Below, piece after piece: positions 1 through 12,700 of a stretch of 64,000 nt of DNA. Origin of the DNA: Macrostomum lignano. Taxonomy: Eukaryota. Made by a program: the position numbers and the translations under genes. The notes beneath the pieces are model-generated. The model was not told the origin of the DNA. It did no database searches and was given only the letters and a program-made list of their open reading frames with translations. Within the stretch, counting starts at the first letter, position 1; each line of letters opens with the position of its first letter. The stretch is from NCBI GenBank assembly GCA_002269645.1, contig NIVC01001164.1, positions 186,001-250,000 of the forward strand. Reading direction: 5' to 3'.

Positions 1-875
1 ATCCTCAGTTGCTAGGCAGGCCTCCCAGATCCTCAGCTGCTGGGCCAGCCTTCCAGATCCTCAGCTGCTGGGCCAGCCTTCCAGATCCTCAGCTGCTGGC
101 CAGCCTCCCAGATCCTCAGCTGCTGGGCCAGCCTCCAAGATCCTCAGCTGCTGGGCCAGCCTTCCAGATCCTCAGCTGCTGGGCCAGCCTTCCAGATCCT
201 CAGCTGCTGGGCCAGCCTCCCAGATCCTCAATTACTGGGCCAGCCTCCCAGATCCTCAGCTGCTGGGCCAGCCTCCAAGATCCTCAGCTGCTGGGCCAGC
301 CTTCCAGATCCTCAGCTGCTGGGCCAGCCTTCCAGATCCTCAGCTGCTGGGCCAGCCTTCCAGATCCTCAGCTGCTGGGCCAGCCTTCCAGATCCTCAGC
401 TGCTGGGCCAGCCTTCCAGATCCTCAGCTGCTGGGCCAGCCTTCCAGATCCTCAGCTGCTGGGCCAGCCTTCCAGATCCTCAGCTGCTGGGCCAGCCTTC
501 CAGATCCTCAGCTGCTGGGCCAGCCTCCCAGATCCTCAGCTGCTGGGCCAGCCTCCCAGATCCTCAGCTGCTGGGCCAGCCTCCCAGATCCTCAGCTGCT
601 GGGCCAGCCTCCCAGATCCTCAGCTGCTGGGCCAGCCTCCCAGATCCTCAGCTGCTGGGCCAGCCTCCCAGATCCTCAGCTGCTGGGCCAGCCTCCCAGA
701 TCCTCAGCTGCTGGGCCAGCCTCCCAGATCCTCAGCTGCTGGGCCAGCCTCTCAAATCCTCAGCTGCTGGGCCACCCTCCCAGATCCTCAGCTGCTGGGC
801 CAGCCTCTCAAATCCTCAGCTGCTGGTCCAGCCTCCCAAATCCTCAGTTACTGGGTCAGCCTCCCAGATCCTTAA
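1..875. repeat. 28-bp minisatellite (CCAGATCCTCAGCTGCTGGGCCAGCCTY)n, runs off the window start
   Basis: Unit read directly; the 28-aa periodicity of ORF 9..875 equals three 28-bp units. Confidence 0.95.
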
Positions 876-1027
876 CTGGAGCACAGCCCTAAAAAGCTCT
901 CCAGTTTGAGATACTAGTATCAGTTGCAGGGAGATTAAGTATCTGACCTCGCTCACTAATCAAAAACTTCTATTTAAAAGTGTCTGCAGTGCCAACAAAT
1001 TAACTGACTCGCCTCCCTACCCTGCAG

Positions 1028-4000
1028 GAAAATTGTCCCTCCTTCGTACTTCATAATCAGGTGAGCGATAGAGGCGCAATTCGACAGGTGGAAAAATGAC
1101 AACGCGCTCTCTCGGTTCTTTGTTAAACAGTTTTGTACTCTCATAAGCTGGCCTAATAAAAGGCCGGAAACCGATGCGATAGCAGCAGCTGCTTGCTTGC
1201 TCGCTCATTGCACCCAATTATAGATATACTCGTATCAAACTTTTATTACAGTGGGGTCCAGTTTAATTGAATGTCCACTCTTCAATGCCGCTTCTCAGCA
1301 GAACAATAGCCGTCGAAGTGGAAAATGCCCGTCTCAGCCAGCGCTTAGTGTCACAAAATGATAACACTGGCATTTGTGAAATATGAGCTTATTCGGAAAA
1401 AATAGACCAACAACTGAGCAGGGGTCAGAAAAGGTTCGGCCCGCCGTCCTTTGAAACTTCACAATAGCAATTCGGGCCGCTCAAGCTCTCTTCTGTCCTC
1501 TTTTCCCTCTCCTCTCTTCTCTCTTCTCTCCTCTCTTCTCTCTTCTCTCTTATTCACTTTCTTTCTCTTCTCTCCTCTCCCCTATTTTCTCTCCCCTCCT
1601 CTCTCCCCTCTTCTCTCTTTTCTCTTTTCCCATCTCTCATCTCTTCTCAAATCCCATAGCTCATACCATCTCTCCTCTCATCTTCTCTTTTCGCTTTTAT
1701 TCTAACTTCTCTCATCTCTTATCTATTTTCTCTTCAGTATCTCTATTCCGTGTCTTTCCTTCGCTCATCTACCCCGCAGCCATTTAGCTATAGGCTATTT
1801 ATTTCCCTGGAGGTAAAACAGTTCACCGAACCTGAACTACTCGTAATAGTAAAGCTTCAACCCAAAGTTTAGCATAGGCTAGAAACACCCAGAGAGAGAG
1901 AGAGAGAGAGAGAGCTAACTGTAGTTTTTATCTCTCCCTGCTTTTGATAACTTAAGCAGAGGAAACAAAAAGAAAGTTTACGACTGCACTAACAAGCAAC
2001 AAATGCACAATTTAACATGACTTTTTGCGCTTCGAATGTCAGTAACATTGACGGCTTAAGTGGCATGGGGAAACTTGACTTCGTTTCTTAGAAAATCTTT
2101 GAAGGCTTGGGTTATACTATAGAGATAGATGCACAACAACAGCAGCAACAACAACGACAACAATAACAACAACAACAACAATAACAACAACAACAACAAC
2201 AACAATAACAACAACAATAACAATAACAACAACAACAATAACAACAACAACGACAACAATAACAACAAAAACAACAACAACAACAACAATAACAACAAAA
2301 GCAACATCAACAACATCAACAACGGCCCGGATGGACCAGGCTGGACGGCTGAAGCAGCTAAGCTGGAGATCAGGACCCACCTGCAGAGACGCAGCGGCTG
2401 GAGGCACACCAGGTCGGAGGCGACGTACGGCGCCGGCGGCCCCAAATGGCGCACCGAAGCCAGATGGCCGGTGGCGGAGAGGGCCGAATACGTGCGCTTC
2501 CGCGTTGGCCACTACACCAAGCTAGCGGCGTACGCAAACCGCATCGGCCTTGCTACATCGGCGACCTGCCAGCACTGCGAACTTGGCGAACAAACGAACG
2601 TGCATGTGGCCACAGAATGCCCTGCCCTGGACCGGGTACGACGACAGCTCGGCGTGACCAGCCTGAGCGACCTCTGCCGCGAGCCGGAGGCCGGTCGCCG
2701 GCTGTGGAATGCGTTCCTGCAACTTTAGAGAGCCGAGTTTGCCCGAATCAGACAGCCCCAACAGCAACATTGCGAAAAAACAAAAAAACAAAAAACATCA
2801 ACAACAACAACAGAATACGCTGTTAGGTCTTATGAAAACAGCGTCACAGGGCGCAAACATTGGCAAGTAACTGACGTCATAAAACAGTCAAGTCACAAAA
2901 AAGACAAGCATTCGATATTTTTAAAGCAACGAAGCGTCCGCTTAAGGCCTGCATGGTCCGACCGATTAAGACCCATGGGTCGGCAAACTCAGGCCCGTAC
3001 AGCCTTTCTAACCGACCCTCGCGTTCTTTGTAACTTCACAATAGCAATCCGGCCCGCTCAGTGCGTTTATCGCTTCTCGGCTCTCTTCTCTTTTCTCTCC
3101 TTTTCCTTCTCTCTACTCTCTTCTCTCCTCTCCTCTCCTCTCCTCTTTCCCTATTCCGGCCCGCAATCATGCGCTGTGTTCTCCACCTGGCCCTTAAAGT
3201 AAAAAGGTTTGCCGAACCCTGGCTTAAGCCGTCCCTGAACACTGCATAGCTAACAGCCTGCTTAAGCGCCAACCACCGCGTCAACATGAAGGTATCGCAA
3301 CCGAATCGTGTGGCCAAAATCTCAGAAATCTTCAAGGTAAAATTTTAAACGCAAGCAAACTGCTTCAATTTTCAAATTTCGCCGTAACTACCGCTAATAT
3401 CCCAGAAATTGCTTCAAAATTGATTTATCCCATGATGATTCGCAGTCGCTATATAATTTCAACAAAAACGGACAAAAATTAGAAAACTTGATCTCACTAA
3501 AATATGAATATGAATATTATGCTGTAATAATGCCAAAACAAACGCTTTATCTAATATTATACTACTCAGCTGCTTCGAGTAGTAAGTAGTACTGACCAGT
3601 TGTAAAGTTTTACTCTCTCCATCTGTCCCTCTCACTTCTATTCATTCACAGCGGTCGTGCCAAGCCCGAAGCGAATTTGAGTGGCGCGAAACGCCTTGAG
3701 CCTCTGACTCTGCTTACTGAGGTGAGCTGGGCTGGCATGCACCACTAAATATTATTATCATATCGCTTGTTGTACCGTATTATTCTTGTAGAAGCATCCT
3801 TTACAACTATTGCATGTTTATTAATTCAAAATGAACTTTCTTTAGCTTAGTTGGTCATTTAAATTGTAGTAGATGGAAAGAGTTTAATTGCATCTAAATT
3901 AACCGGATGTGGTTGCTTATTGAATGATCTGATTTCAAAATATTTGCAGCGGACTATGAAGTTTTTGACAGACTCTTCCGAGAATGGCAGACGAGCCCCT

Positions 4001-5018
4001 GCACAGGAGCCCAGAGTAAAAAACTTGTGCATTTTCATTGCAATCTGAGTGCAGTTTAATAAATCTCAGAGCTCTGATGTGTTGTGGTTGGCATAACAAT
4101 GACCTTTTGCGGTTGCGCCAGTAACTCAAAATTTACTAATCCGATAAATTAGCTTGATCTACAGGTGTTATTAACTAATCGCAATGCACTTTTTCAGTTC
4201 ATCGATCAACTCTCGGAATTTAACAGCCAAGCAATGAGCCTTCAATTAATAAAGTTTGCGCTTAAATTTCCTAATGAATTTCCTTAAAATTTAATTCCTA
4301 AAAGCATGTATTTAGATGCAACAGATTTTTTTTCATTTTAAATGTTAAACTACCAAATATCATGTTAACACACGCTGAAGTTCAATTGTGACCACTCTGT
4401 CATTCCTTTGTAAATGCATTAGATAAATTTTCAGCTCGAAGACATTCGATTCCAAAATCTATTACACCATTGATAAATTTCACCGTTTGTTTTTAGAATT
4501 CTGCCCAACAAAATTGCAAAAAATATTATCATAACCTATTGCGAGACAATCCAACAACAGACTCACAACAAAGTGCAACAATCCAACAACAGACTCACAA
4601 CCCAATGCAACAATCCAACAACAGACTCACAACCCAATGTGACAATCCAACAACAGACTCACAACCCAATGCGACAATCCAACAACAGACTCACAACCCA
4701 ATGCGACAATCCAACAACAGACTCACAACCCTCCGCCCCTGCCAGACCGGCACGCCCCGCCTGACTCACCACTCCAAGCCGCGGGTGCCCACGGCCGAGC
4801 GGGTGCGCCTGCGCGACTTCACGAGCTCGCATTTCGGCCCGGCGCTGCAGCAGCGTCTTCGGCTGCTGACGGACGCGGAGGTGGCCGCTGCGACGGTGGG
4901 GGCGAACGGGCAACAGCAGTCGGCATCCGGGTGGACATCCGCCGCCAACAACGGGACGAGCCTCGGCCTGGAGGTCAGCGGTGTTTCTCGCGGCCAATCG
5001 CGGCTGTCCGAAGCGTCG

Positions 5019-5055
<37 letters not shown>

Positions 5056-5780
5056 AGTCGGAGCTGCAGGGCCTCATCACTGCGGGGCTCACCGGCGGCA
5101 AAAAGTCGGTGAGTTGAGCTGGTCAGGTTGAGTTGAGTCAGCTTCAGCCAGCGTCGGTCAGGTCAGGTTTGTGTCAGGTTTGTGTCAGGTTTGTGTCAGG
5201 TTGGGTCAGGTTTGGGTCAGCTTGGGTCAAGTTAAGTCAGGTTTGGGTCAGGTTTGGGTCAGATTTGGGTCAGGTTGGGTCAGGTTGGGTCAGATTTGTG
5301 TCAGCTAATTGGGTCAGGTTAAGTCAGATTTGTGTCAGCTAATTGGGTCAGGTTAAGTCAGATTTGTGTCAGCTAATTGGGTCAGGTTAAGTCAGATTTG
5401 TGTCAGCTAATTGGGTCAGGTTAAGTCAGATTTGTGTCAGCTAATTGGGTCAGGTTAAGTCAGATTTGTGTCAGCTAATTGGGTCAGGTTAAGTCAGATT
5501 TGTGTCAGCTAATTGGGTCAGGTTAAGTCAGATTTGTGTCAGCTAATTGGGTCAGGTTAAGCCAGATTTGTGTCAGCTAATTGTGTCAGGTAGAGTCAGA
5601 TTTGTGTCAGCTAATTGGGTCAGGTTAAGTCAGATTTGTGTCAGCTAATTGGGTCAGGTTAAGTCAGATTTGTTGTAGGGTCAGCGCGCTCGTCTGCTCT
5701 CGCCAATGACTGCTTCGACTGCGCTGGCTGCGGGTGGGCAGTCAGCCTGCAGTAAACTTACATGCATCAGCGCCCAATAA
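1028..5780 (+). CDS. 3' exons of an unidentified plus-strand gene (start presumably outside the window)
   Basis: Phase-compatible GT-AG exons: 3652..3721 (GRAKPEANLSGAKRLEPLTLLTE), 3950..4015 (RTMKFLTDSSENGRRAPAQEPR), 4746..5108 (TGTPRLTHHSKPRVPTAERVRLRDF...GGKKS) and 5679..5780 (GQRARLLSPMT...CISAQ*). A possible upstream exon lies at 1028..1060. The 4746..5108 exon is GC-rich like the other exons in the window. No family recognised. Confidence 0.5.
1419..1834. mobile_element. degenerate hAT-like MITE with internal CT-rich tract
   Basis: Begins CAGGGGTC and shares CTTTG(A/T)AACTTCACAATAGCAAT...CCGCTCA followed by a CT-rich tract with the copy at 2974..3221. No TSD found. Confidence 0.4.
2130..2323. 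repeat. (AAC/AAT)n microsatellite
   Basis: Direct reading; gives the poly-Asn part of ORF 2129..2728. Confidence 0.95.
2324..2793 (+). mobile_element. 5'-truncated non-LTR retrotransposon (3' end of ORF2 with CCHC zinc motif, 3' UTR, A-rich tail)
   Basis: Translation RFRVGHYTKLAAYANRIGLATSATCQHCELGEQTNVHVATECPAL matches the LRxGH...C-x2-C...H...CP C-terminal motif of I/R1/Jockey-type LINEs. Stop at 2726-2728, A-rich tail at ~2775-2793, and 12-bp TSD AACATCAACAAC at 2312-2323 and 2794-2805. Confidence 0.8.
2974..3221. mobile_element. hAT-like MITE
   Basis: Termini CATGGGTCGGCAAAC ... GTTTGCCGAACCCTG form an imperfect TIR; related to 1419..1834. No clean 8-bp TSD. Confidence 0.55.
4543..4730. 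repeat. 32-bp intronic minisatellite (CAATCCAACAACAGACTCACAACCCAATGCGA)n
   Basis: About 6 units read directly, ending ~15 nt before the acceptor AG at 4744-4745. Confidence 0.9.
5120..5672. repeat. GTCAG-based array maturing into a 34-bp unit (GTCAGCTAATTGGGTCAGGTTAAGTCAGATTTGT)n
   Basis: Fills almost the whole predicted intron 5109..5678. Confidence 0.9.
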
Positions 5781-6793
5781 AATATTCGTAATATTTCCAT
5801 AAATTTCCAAAATATCTGTTCCAGACTCAACAACAGCGCTGGTTCGAATCCGGGACCTCGGCAGCCCGTCCGGCTCCGTTCGTAGCGGCCGCCAAAAGGA
5901 AATAATTAAGTAACTCGAAGTAATTATTGACTGCAATATGTAAGCACTTAATTACTTGTGAATAAATTATTTATTTATTTATTATTATATTATTATAATT
6001 TATTTATTATAATTTATAATTTATAATTATATATTATTTATTTATTTATTTATTTGAGAGAAATATTCCGTATAAACAACAACCCTTACTATGGGAGATT
6101 TATTTGGCAGAAAAAAATGAGTTATTCGCTAATTCGATTCAATAATTGTTTTAATTGAAATTTTCGTACTTCTTAATAATGCCGAATCAGGCACTGTAAC
6201 AACATATTGGCAATTAATTTTAATTTTGTTTAAATTATAACTTTCGATGTTTTTGATCGTTGCATTTTCGTAATTTAAATTCTTCGATTATTATTTCAAG
6301 TGCTAAATACCCTTACAATAGATATTACTATTTTTATTTTTATTTCTTCCATGTTAACTATTCTGCTGCGAATTGTTTTACTGTTGTATTTATAACCAAC
6401 ACTGTTCAAATTGGTGCCAATTGGTTAGTTATAACTTCGAGTATATTAATTATTTTTTAATTATTTAATTATGAGGTACATGCATGCACTTGAACTTAAG
6501 AACTTTTACACACTTGTGTATATCTTTTAAATTTCAAAATAACTGCAAATGGATATTGACTATTAATTGTTCTTTAATATACTTTACTGGCTTCAAGTAG
6601 TATTTATTTATCACTTCTTGCTAACGAGCTACTACGTATATTATGTACTTTTTGTGTCCTCCATTTGTTGAACATTATATTTTCAATGCTTGTTTCACCA
6701 ATTGTCAATTTTAAATTTTAATTATACCAGTGTAGGTGTATTTTTATTGCATTGCAATTACTGCGTATTTGTTAAAACATCTCTGTCTATGTT

Positions 6794-6810
6794 TGACTGA
6801 CTGACTGACT

Positions 6811-6853
<43 letters not shown>

Positions 6854-7431
6854 TGACTGACTGACTGACTAACTGACTGACTGACTGACTGACTGACTGA
6901 CTGACTGACTGACTGACTGACTGACTGACTGACTGACTGACTGACTGACTGACTGACTGACTGACTGACTGACTGACTGACTGACTGACTAACTGACTGA
7001 CTGACTGACTGACTGACTGACTGACTGACTGACTGACTGACTGACTGACTGACTGACTGACTGACTGACTGACTGACTGACTGACTGACTGACTGACTGA
7101 CTGACTGACTGACTGACTGACTGACTGACTGACTGACTGACTGACTGACTGACTGACTGACTGACTGACTGACTGACTGACTGACTGACTGACTGACTGA
7201 CTGACTGACTGACTGACTGACTGACTGACTGACTGACTGACTGACTGACTGACTGACTGACTGACTGACTGACTGACTGACTGACTGACTGACTGACTGA
7301 CTGACTGACTGACTGACTGACTGACTGACTGACTGACTGACTGACTGACTGACTGACTGACTGACTGACTGACTGACTGACTGACTAACTGACTGACTGA
7401 CTGACTGACTGACTGACTGACTGACTGACTG
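6794..7431. repeat. (GACT)n microsatellite
   Basis: Direct reading; explains the SQSV-repeat ORF. Confidence 0.97.
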
Positions 7432-8148
7432 AGTTAAAGGTGAACACACTGCGGTCTAAAATCATAAATCAAAAAGCGATTAAAATATTAAAAAAATCGA
7501 GTTCAGGTGTCAGACATAATTAAGACACTTTACTGCTAGTGCTCCATGCGCCGATGCAAACCTAGCAGTAAGTATATTCATATATTAGCCACATTTATTA
7601 AGCCTCACATATTGAGATAAGCGCGAAATCTGCACTACAAATATTTAATTTGAGCAGGCACATTACTGACATAATTGTAAAATTGATAGAAATCACTAAT
7701 TGTTACATGTAGAATTACAAGTTTTCTCTCGTTTACAGAAATAGTTATTCGACTATTGCAAAACTTAATTTCGAAAGGCTGCGAAATAACAGAGAAATTT
7801 GCGAGAGAATTCGAAACAATCAGTTTAAAAAATCGAAAGAAAACTCGAAATTGAAACGCGCAAAAGTGGAAATGAGGGAAGTTAAAGGGCTACAAGGGGT
7901 GAGGTTGGCGCGGATTCGAAAAAGGTGCACTAAAATTCCTTGTTTTTACCTGATGGATGCTTTGCAATCTATTTTAACAGTGGGAGCGTTTGAACATTTT
8001 TATTGATTGAGCAACAACCTTTGAAGGTGAAATTTTTCAAACTTTCAGTCACAAATCTAAACTCGCAATTAATATTATTAAACAGCTTCTAAGAATGGAA
8101 AACTCACACGCAATGAGTTGTCGGCAAGGGTTACATAGTCAAGGCGAG

Positions 8149-9719
8149 TCAGTGCATGGCGTAGGCCTCCTGCTGGTGCTGAAAGCTGGTCTCAGAAGGT
8201 CCAGCTGGGTTCCACTGGCAAAGTCCAAGCGCCAGGTTTGAAGAAAAGTCCTGCTGTTGCTGCTGCTGCTGATGCTCCGGCAGCGTCTCCGGCGGCCCGT
8301 GCTGGAAAGGTGCGACATTCTGCGACGATTCAATAAGCTGGTCGATGTCTTCAGTTGACACGGACGGTATGTCGCTGAGGTAGTGCCTGCCTGTGTTGGC
8401 CGAACGCTGCTGCTGGTAAGTGTGGTAGGCGGCAATAGGGTAGCCACTCCAGCTGCCGTATTTGGCGCAGTGCTGCTGTGTTGGCGGCTGCGGCTGGTGC
8501 TGTTGGTGCTGCACAGGATGTGAAGGCAGCTGCTGATGACAACAGCACGAGTAGCAAATTTGATGGTGCTGCTGCTGGTGCTGCTGATGATGCTGCAGCT
8601 GGAACTGTGGAGTCTGGCTCCCGTTAACCATCCAAGCCGACTGATGATGACCAGCTGGCCGGATCAGCTGCGACCGGTTGTGCGGCTCTGCGAATTGGAT
8701 TTGAAAAAATCAGTGCACATCAGTATACATTATTACAGATACTAATTGACGCGTTGGGCAGGGAGTGAGGTGGCTGCATGAAGATTTGAAGATTTGGGGT
8801 GATGGGGCAGGGAGTGAGGTGGCTGCAGGAAGAGTTGGGGTGTTGGGCAGGGAGTTAGGTGGCTGCATGAAGAGTTGGGGTGTTGGGGCAGGGAGTGAGG
8901 TGGCTGCATGAAGAGTTGGGGTGTTGGGGCAGGGAGTGAGGTGGCTGCAGGAAGAGTTGGGGTGTTGGGGCAGGGAGTGAGGTGGCTGCATGAAGAGTTG
9001 AGGTGTTGGGGCAAGGAGTGAGGTGGCTGCAGGAAGAGTTGGGGTGTTGGGCAGGGAGTGAGGTGGCTTCATGAAGAGTTGGGGTGTTGGGGCAAGGAGT
9101 GAGGTGGCTGCAGGAAGAGTTGGGGTGTTGGGCAGGGAGTGAGGTGGCTGCAGGAAGATTTAGGGTGTTGTTGGGGGCAGGGACTGGAGGGCAGAGAATT
9201 CTAACGAATAGAAGCAATAGGCGGCGTAAAATTGGAAAAGGGTGGTGTAGAAATTTCTGAGTCGGAGGGGTTGTGAGCTTGGGGGTAAGAGGCCGATAGA
9301 CCAGCCAGTAGGAAGTAAGAGAGGGAGGGAGGATAGCATAGTTAAAGTTAGAGTAAAGTCGAACTCAATATGTATGACCAAATGTATTTTAATGTCTTTC
9401 GTTGATTGCTACTAATGACAATCAAATATTGCTACTGATAGTACACTGGCTAAGATTTTACAGCGCAATGCTCGCATTGCAGCTGGTTTATAAAAGAAAC
9501 TAAATTTTAAAAAATTACCTCCATAGCTCCAGTTGCGTTGCTGGTTGCCATGGGCATTTTGATGCAACTGCTGCATGGACTGATGCATCTGATGGTGCTG
9601 TTCGTGATGCCGCAGCTGGTATTGCTCCGGCTGCTGCTGCTGCTGCCGCTGCTGCTGCCAATGCTCTGTCCAGTAGACTGGCTGCTCCGCCGTCTTAGTC
9701 TCTCGTTTAACGACTGAGC

Positions 9720-9770
<51 letters not shown>

Positions 9771-12700
9771 TACCGACACTCGACGAGATCATGGACCCGC
9801 GGCCAGAGGACCCGATGCTCACTACGCTGGCATCGTCCGGTTGTGCAGCGGTGGGCGGAGCCATTAGTCCAGTCGGCCCGTTTGTCGATGCCTGACAAGC
9901 GACGCCGACCAAAGTGGAGGAGCCGCACGAGCGCTCGGACTGTGGCGAAGGAGCCGACGACTGCTGGCTGATGTGGCTCATCGGCGAGGGCCGGTCGGAG
10001 TCTGGGGTTGGAGAAGAGTTTACTACGTACATGCAACACTTCTATGGGAGCTCCGATGTTAAATGTAGATGGGAAACTGCCAAGCATATCACTGGACAGT
10101 CAAATGTCACTGGACAGCCAAATGTCACTGACAGCCAAATGTCACTGGACAGTCAAATGTCACTGGACAGTCAAATGTCACTGGACAGTCAAATGTCACT
10201 GGACAGTCAAATGTCACTGGACAGTCAAATGTCACTGGCAGTCAAATGTCACTGGACAGTCAAATGTCACTGACAGCCAAATGTCACTGGACAGTCAAAT
10301 GTCACTGGACAGTCAAATGTCACTGGACAGTCAAATGTCACTGGACAGTCAAATGTCACTGGCAGTCAAATGTCACTGGACAGTCAAATGTCACTGACAG
10401 TCAAATGTCACTGGTAGTCAAATGTCACTGACAGTCAAATGTCACTGGTAGTCAAATGTCACTGACAGTCAAATATCTCTGACAGTCAAATGTCACTTGC
10501 AGTCAAATGTCACTGACAGTCAAATATCTCTGACAGTCAAATGTCACTTGCAGTCAAATGTCACTGACAGTCAAATATCTCTGACAGTCAAATGTCACTG
10601 ACAGTCAAATATCTCTGACAGTCGAATGTCACTGGCAGTCAAATGTCACTGGCAGTCAAATGTCACTGGCAGTCAAATGTCACTGACAGTCAAATATCTC
10701 TGACAGTCAAATGTCACTAGCAGTCAAATGTCACTGGTAGTCAAATGTCACTGACAGTCAAATGTCACTGACAGTCAAATATCTCTGACAGTCAAATGTC
10801 ACTAGCAGTCAAATGTCACTGGCAGTCAAATGTCACTAGCAGTCAAATGTCACTGGCAGTCAAATGTCACTGGCAGTCAAATGTCACTGGCAGTCAAATG
10901 TCACTAGCAGTCAAATGTCTCTGGCAGTCAAATGTCACTGACAGTCAAATATCTTGCACTCACCAATTTAAAATAAAAATAAATCTTCAAATATTATTTG
11001 AACAATCAAAGAGTAAGTTTGATTGTTTGACGTGCTCAAGCCTTCAATGAATTAAGAAGAGATTAAGCAAGTGAATTTCACTCACAGACCATGGGACTAA
11101 CTAGCGCCTCAGTTTTAATTAGTCCGTCCTTCATCGGGCCGTACAGCCTCCCCGGATGATGATGGTGTCGATGATGAAGCTGCTGATGCTGAGCCACGGC
11201 AGCTTCGCCGCCGGCCGCGGGGCCACCCGCAGTCGATGGCATCAGCAGCTCGGCCAGTCCGCCATCGTCGTCCGACTCAAAGAAATCGGCCGGCAGCGAC
11301 TCCGACATCGGGCTGGCCATTGAGATCGCGACGCCGCCGCCGTTGCCGCCGCCGCTGCCGCCGCCGCAGGCAGGAGCTGCAGAGAAACCAAAATTTGAGC
11401 CTTGTTGTTGTTGTTTCTGCTGCTGCTGCTGCTGCTGCTGGCCGGCACCAGACTTGGAGCCGTATCGGCGCATTCGATTCTCCTCAGCCTTTGAGCTCCA
11501 ACTTTCGCCTTTAAATTTTTTCGTAGCGTAAGCCTCGGCACCGTGCACGGTTTTGATGTGCTTGCGCAGAGAGCTGGGGTCCGTGTACCGCTTGCTGCAG
11601 CCAACCGCCGCCCGGCAGACGTACGGCTTCTCTGAGGAGTGAGTCCGGTTCTGGTGCTTGGCGCGGTCGGACGCGTTCGAGAACGCTTTCCCGCAGCCGG
11701 GCACCTCGCAGGGGTAGGGCTTCTCCCCCGTGTGCGAGCGCTGGTGCGTCTTCATGTTCTCTAGTCGGGAATAGGCCTTGTGACAGCCTTGGAACTGGTG
11801 GCGAAAGCAAAGGAAGTTACAGATCATTTAAAGCTTGTTTACGAAATTTGACTAGGCACAGAGCCCTGCACTGTCTGACAATGCCTGATAATCCCCTGAG
11901 AGGGGAGGGACAGTTGAGGTAGAGAAGTGTCAGTGCCCAATCAGGCACAGTGCAGAGAGGGAGAGGCACATGGGAGAGAGGGAGAGAGAGAGAGGCACAG
12001 GAGAGAGGGAGAGACACAGGGGAGAGAAGGAGAGTCACAGGGGAGAGAGGGAGAGACGGGATAGAGAGGGAGAGGGGAACAGGGAAGAGAGAGAGTCACA
12101 GGGGAGAGAGAGAGGCACAGGGGAGAGAGAGAGGCACAGGGGAGAGAAGGAGAGGCACAGGGGAGAGAGAGAGTCACAGGGGAGAGAGAGAGGCACAGGG
12201 GAGAGAGAGAGGCACAGGGGAGAGAGAGTCACAGGGGAGAGAGAGAGGCACATGGGAGAGAGAGAGGCACAGGGGAGAGAAGGAGAGGCACAGGGGAGAA
12301 AGAGAGGCACAGGGGAGAGAGAGAGGCACAGGGGAGAGAGAGAGTCACAGGGGAGAGAGAGTCACAGGGGAGAGAGAGTCACAGGGGAAAGAGAGAGTCA
12401 CAGGGGAGAGAAGGAGAGTCACAGGGGAAAGAGAGAGGCACAGGGGAGAGAGAGAGGCACAGGGGAGAGAAAGAGAGGCACAGGGGAGAGAGAGAGTCAC
12501 AGGGCAGAGAGAGAGGCACAGGGAGAGAGAGAGTCACAGGGCAGAGAGAGACACGGGAGAGGGGAGGGACAGTTAAGGTAGAGAAGTTTCAGTGCCCAAT
12601 CAGTGAAAACTTATTTCAGCTCACATTGCATTTATACGGCTTTTCTCCCGTGTGTCGCCGCACGTGTACATTGAGCATGTACAGCGCTTTGAAGGGCTTC

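Noticed and set aside
9-875. 288-aa ORF
   Set aside because: It is a translation of the 28-bp tandem repeat, open in several frames with no domain.
5835-5890. GGTTCGAATCC B-box-like motif
   Set aside because: No A box or cloverleaf could be built on either strand; at most a SINE remnant.
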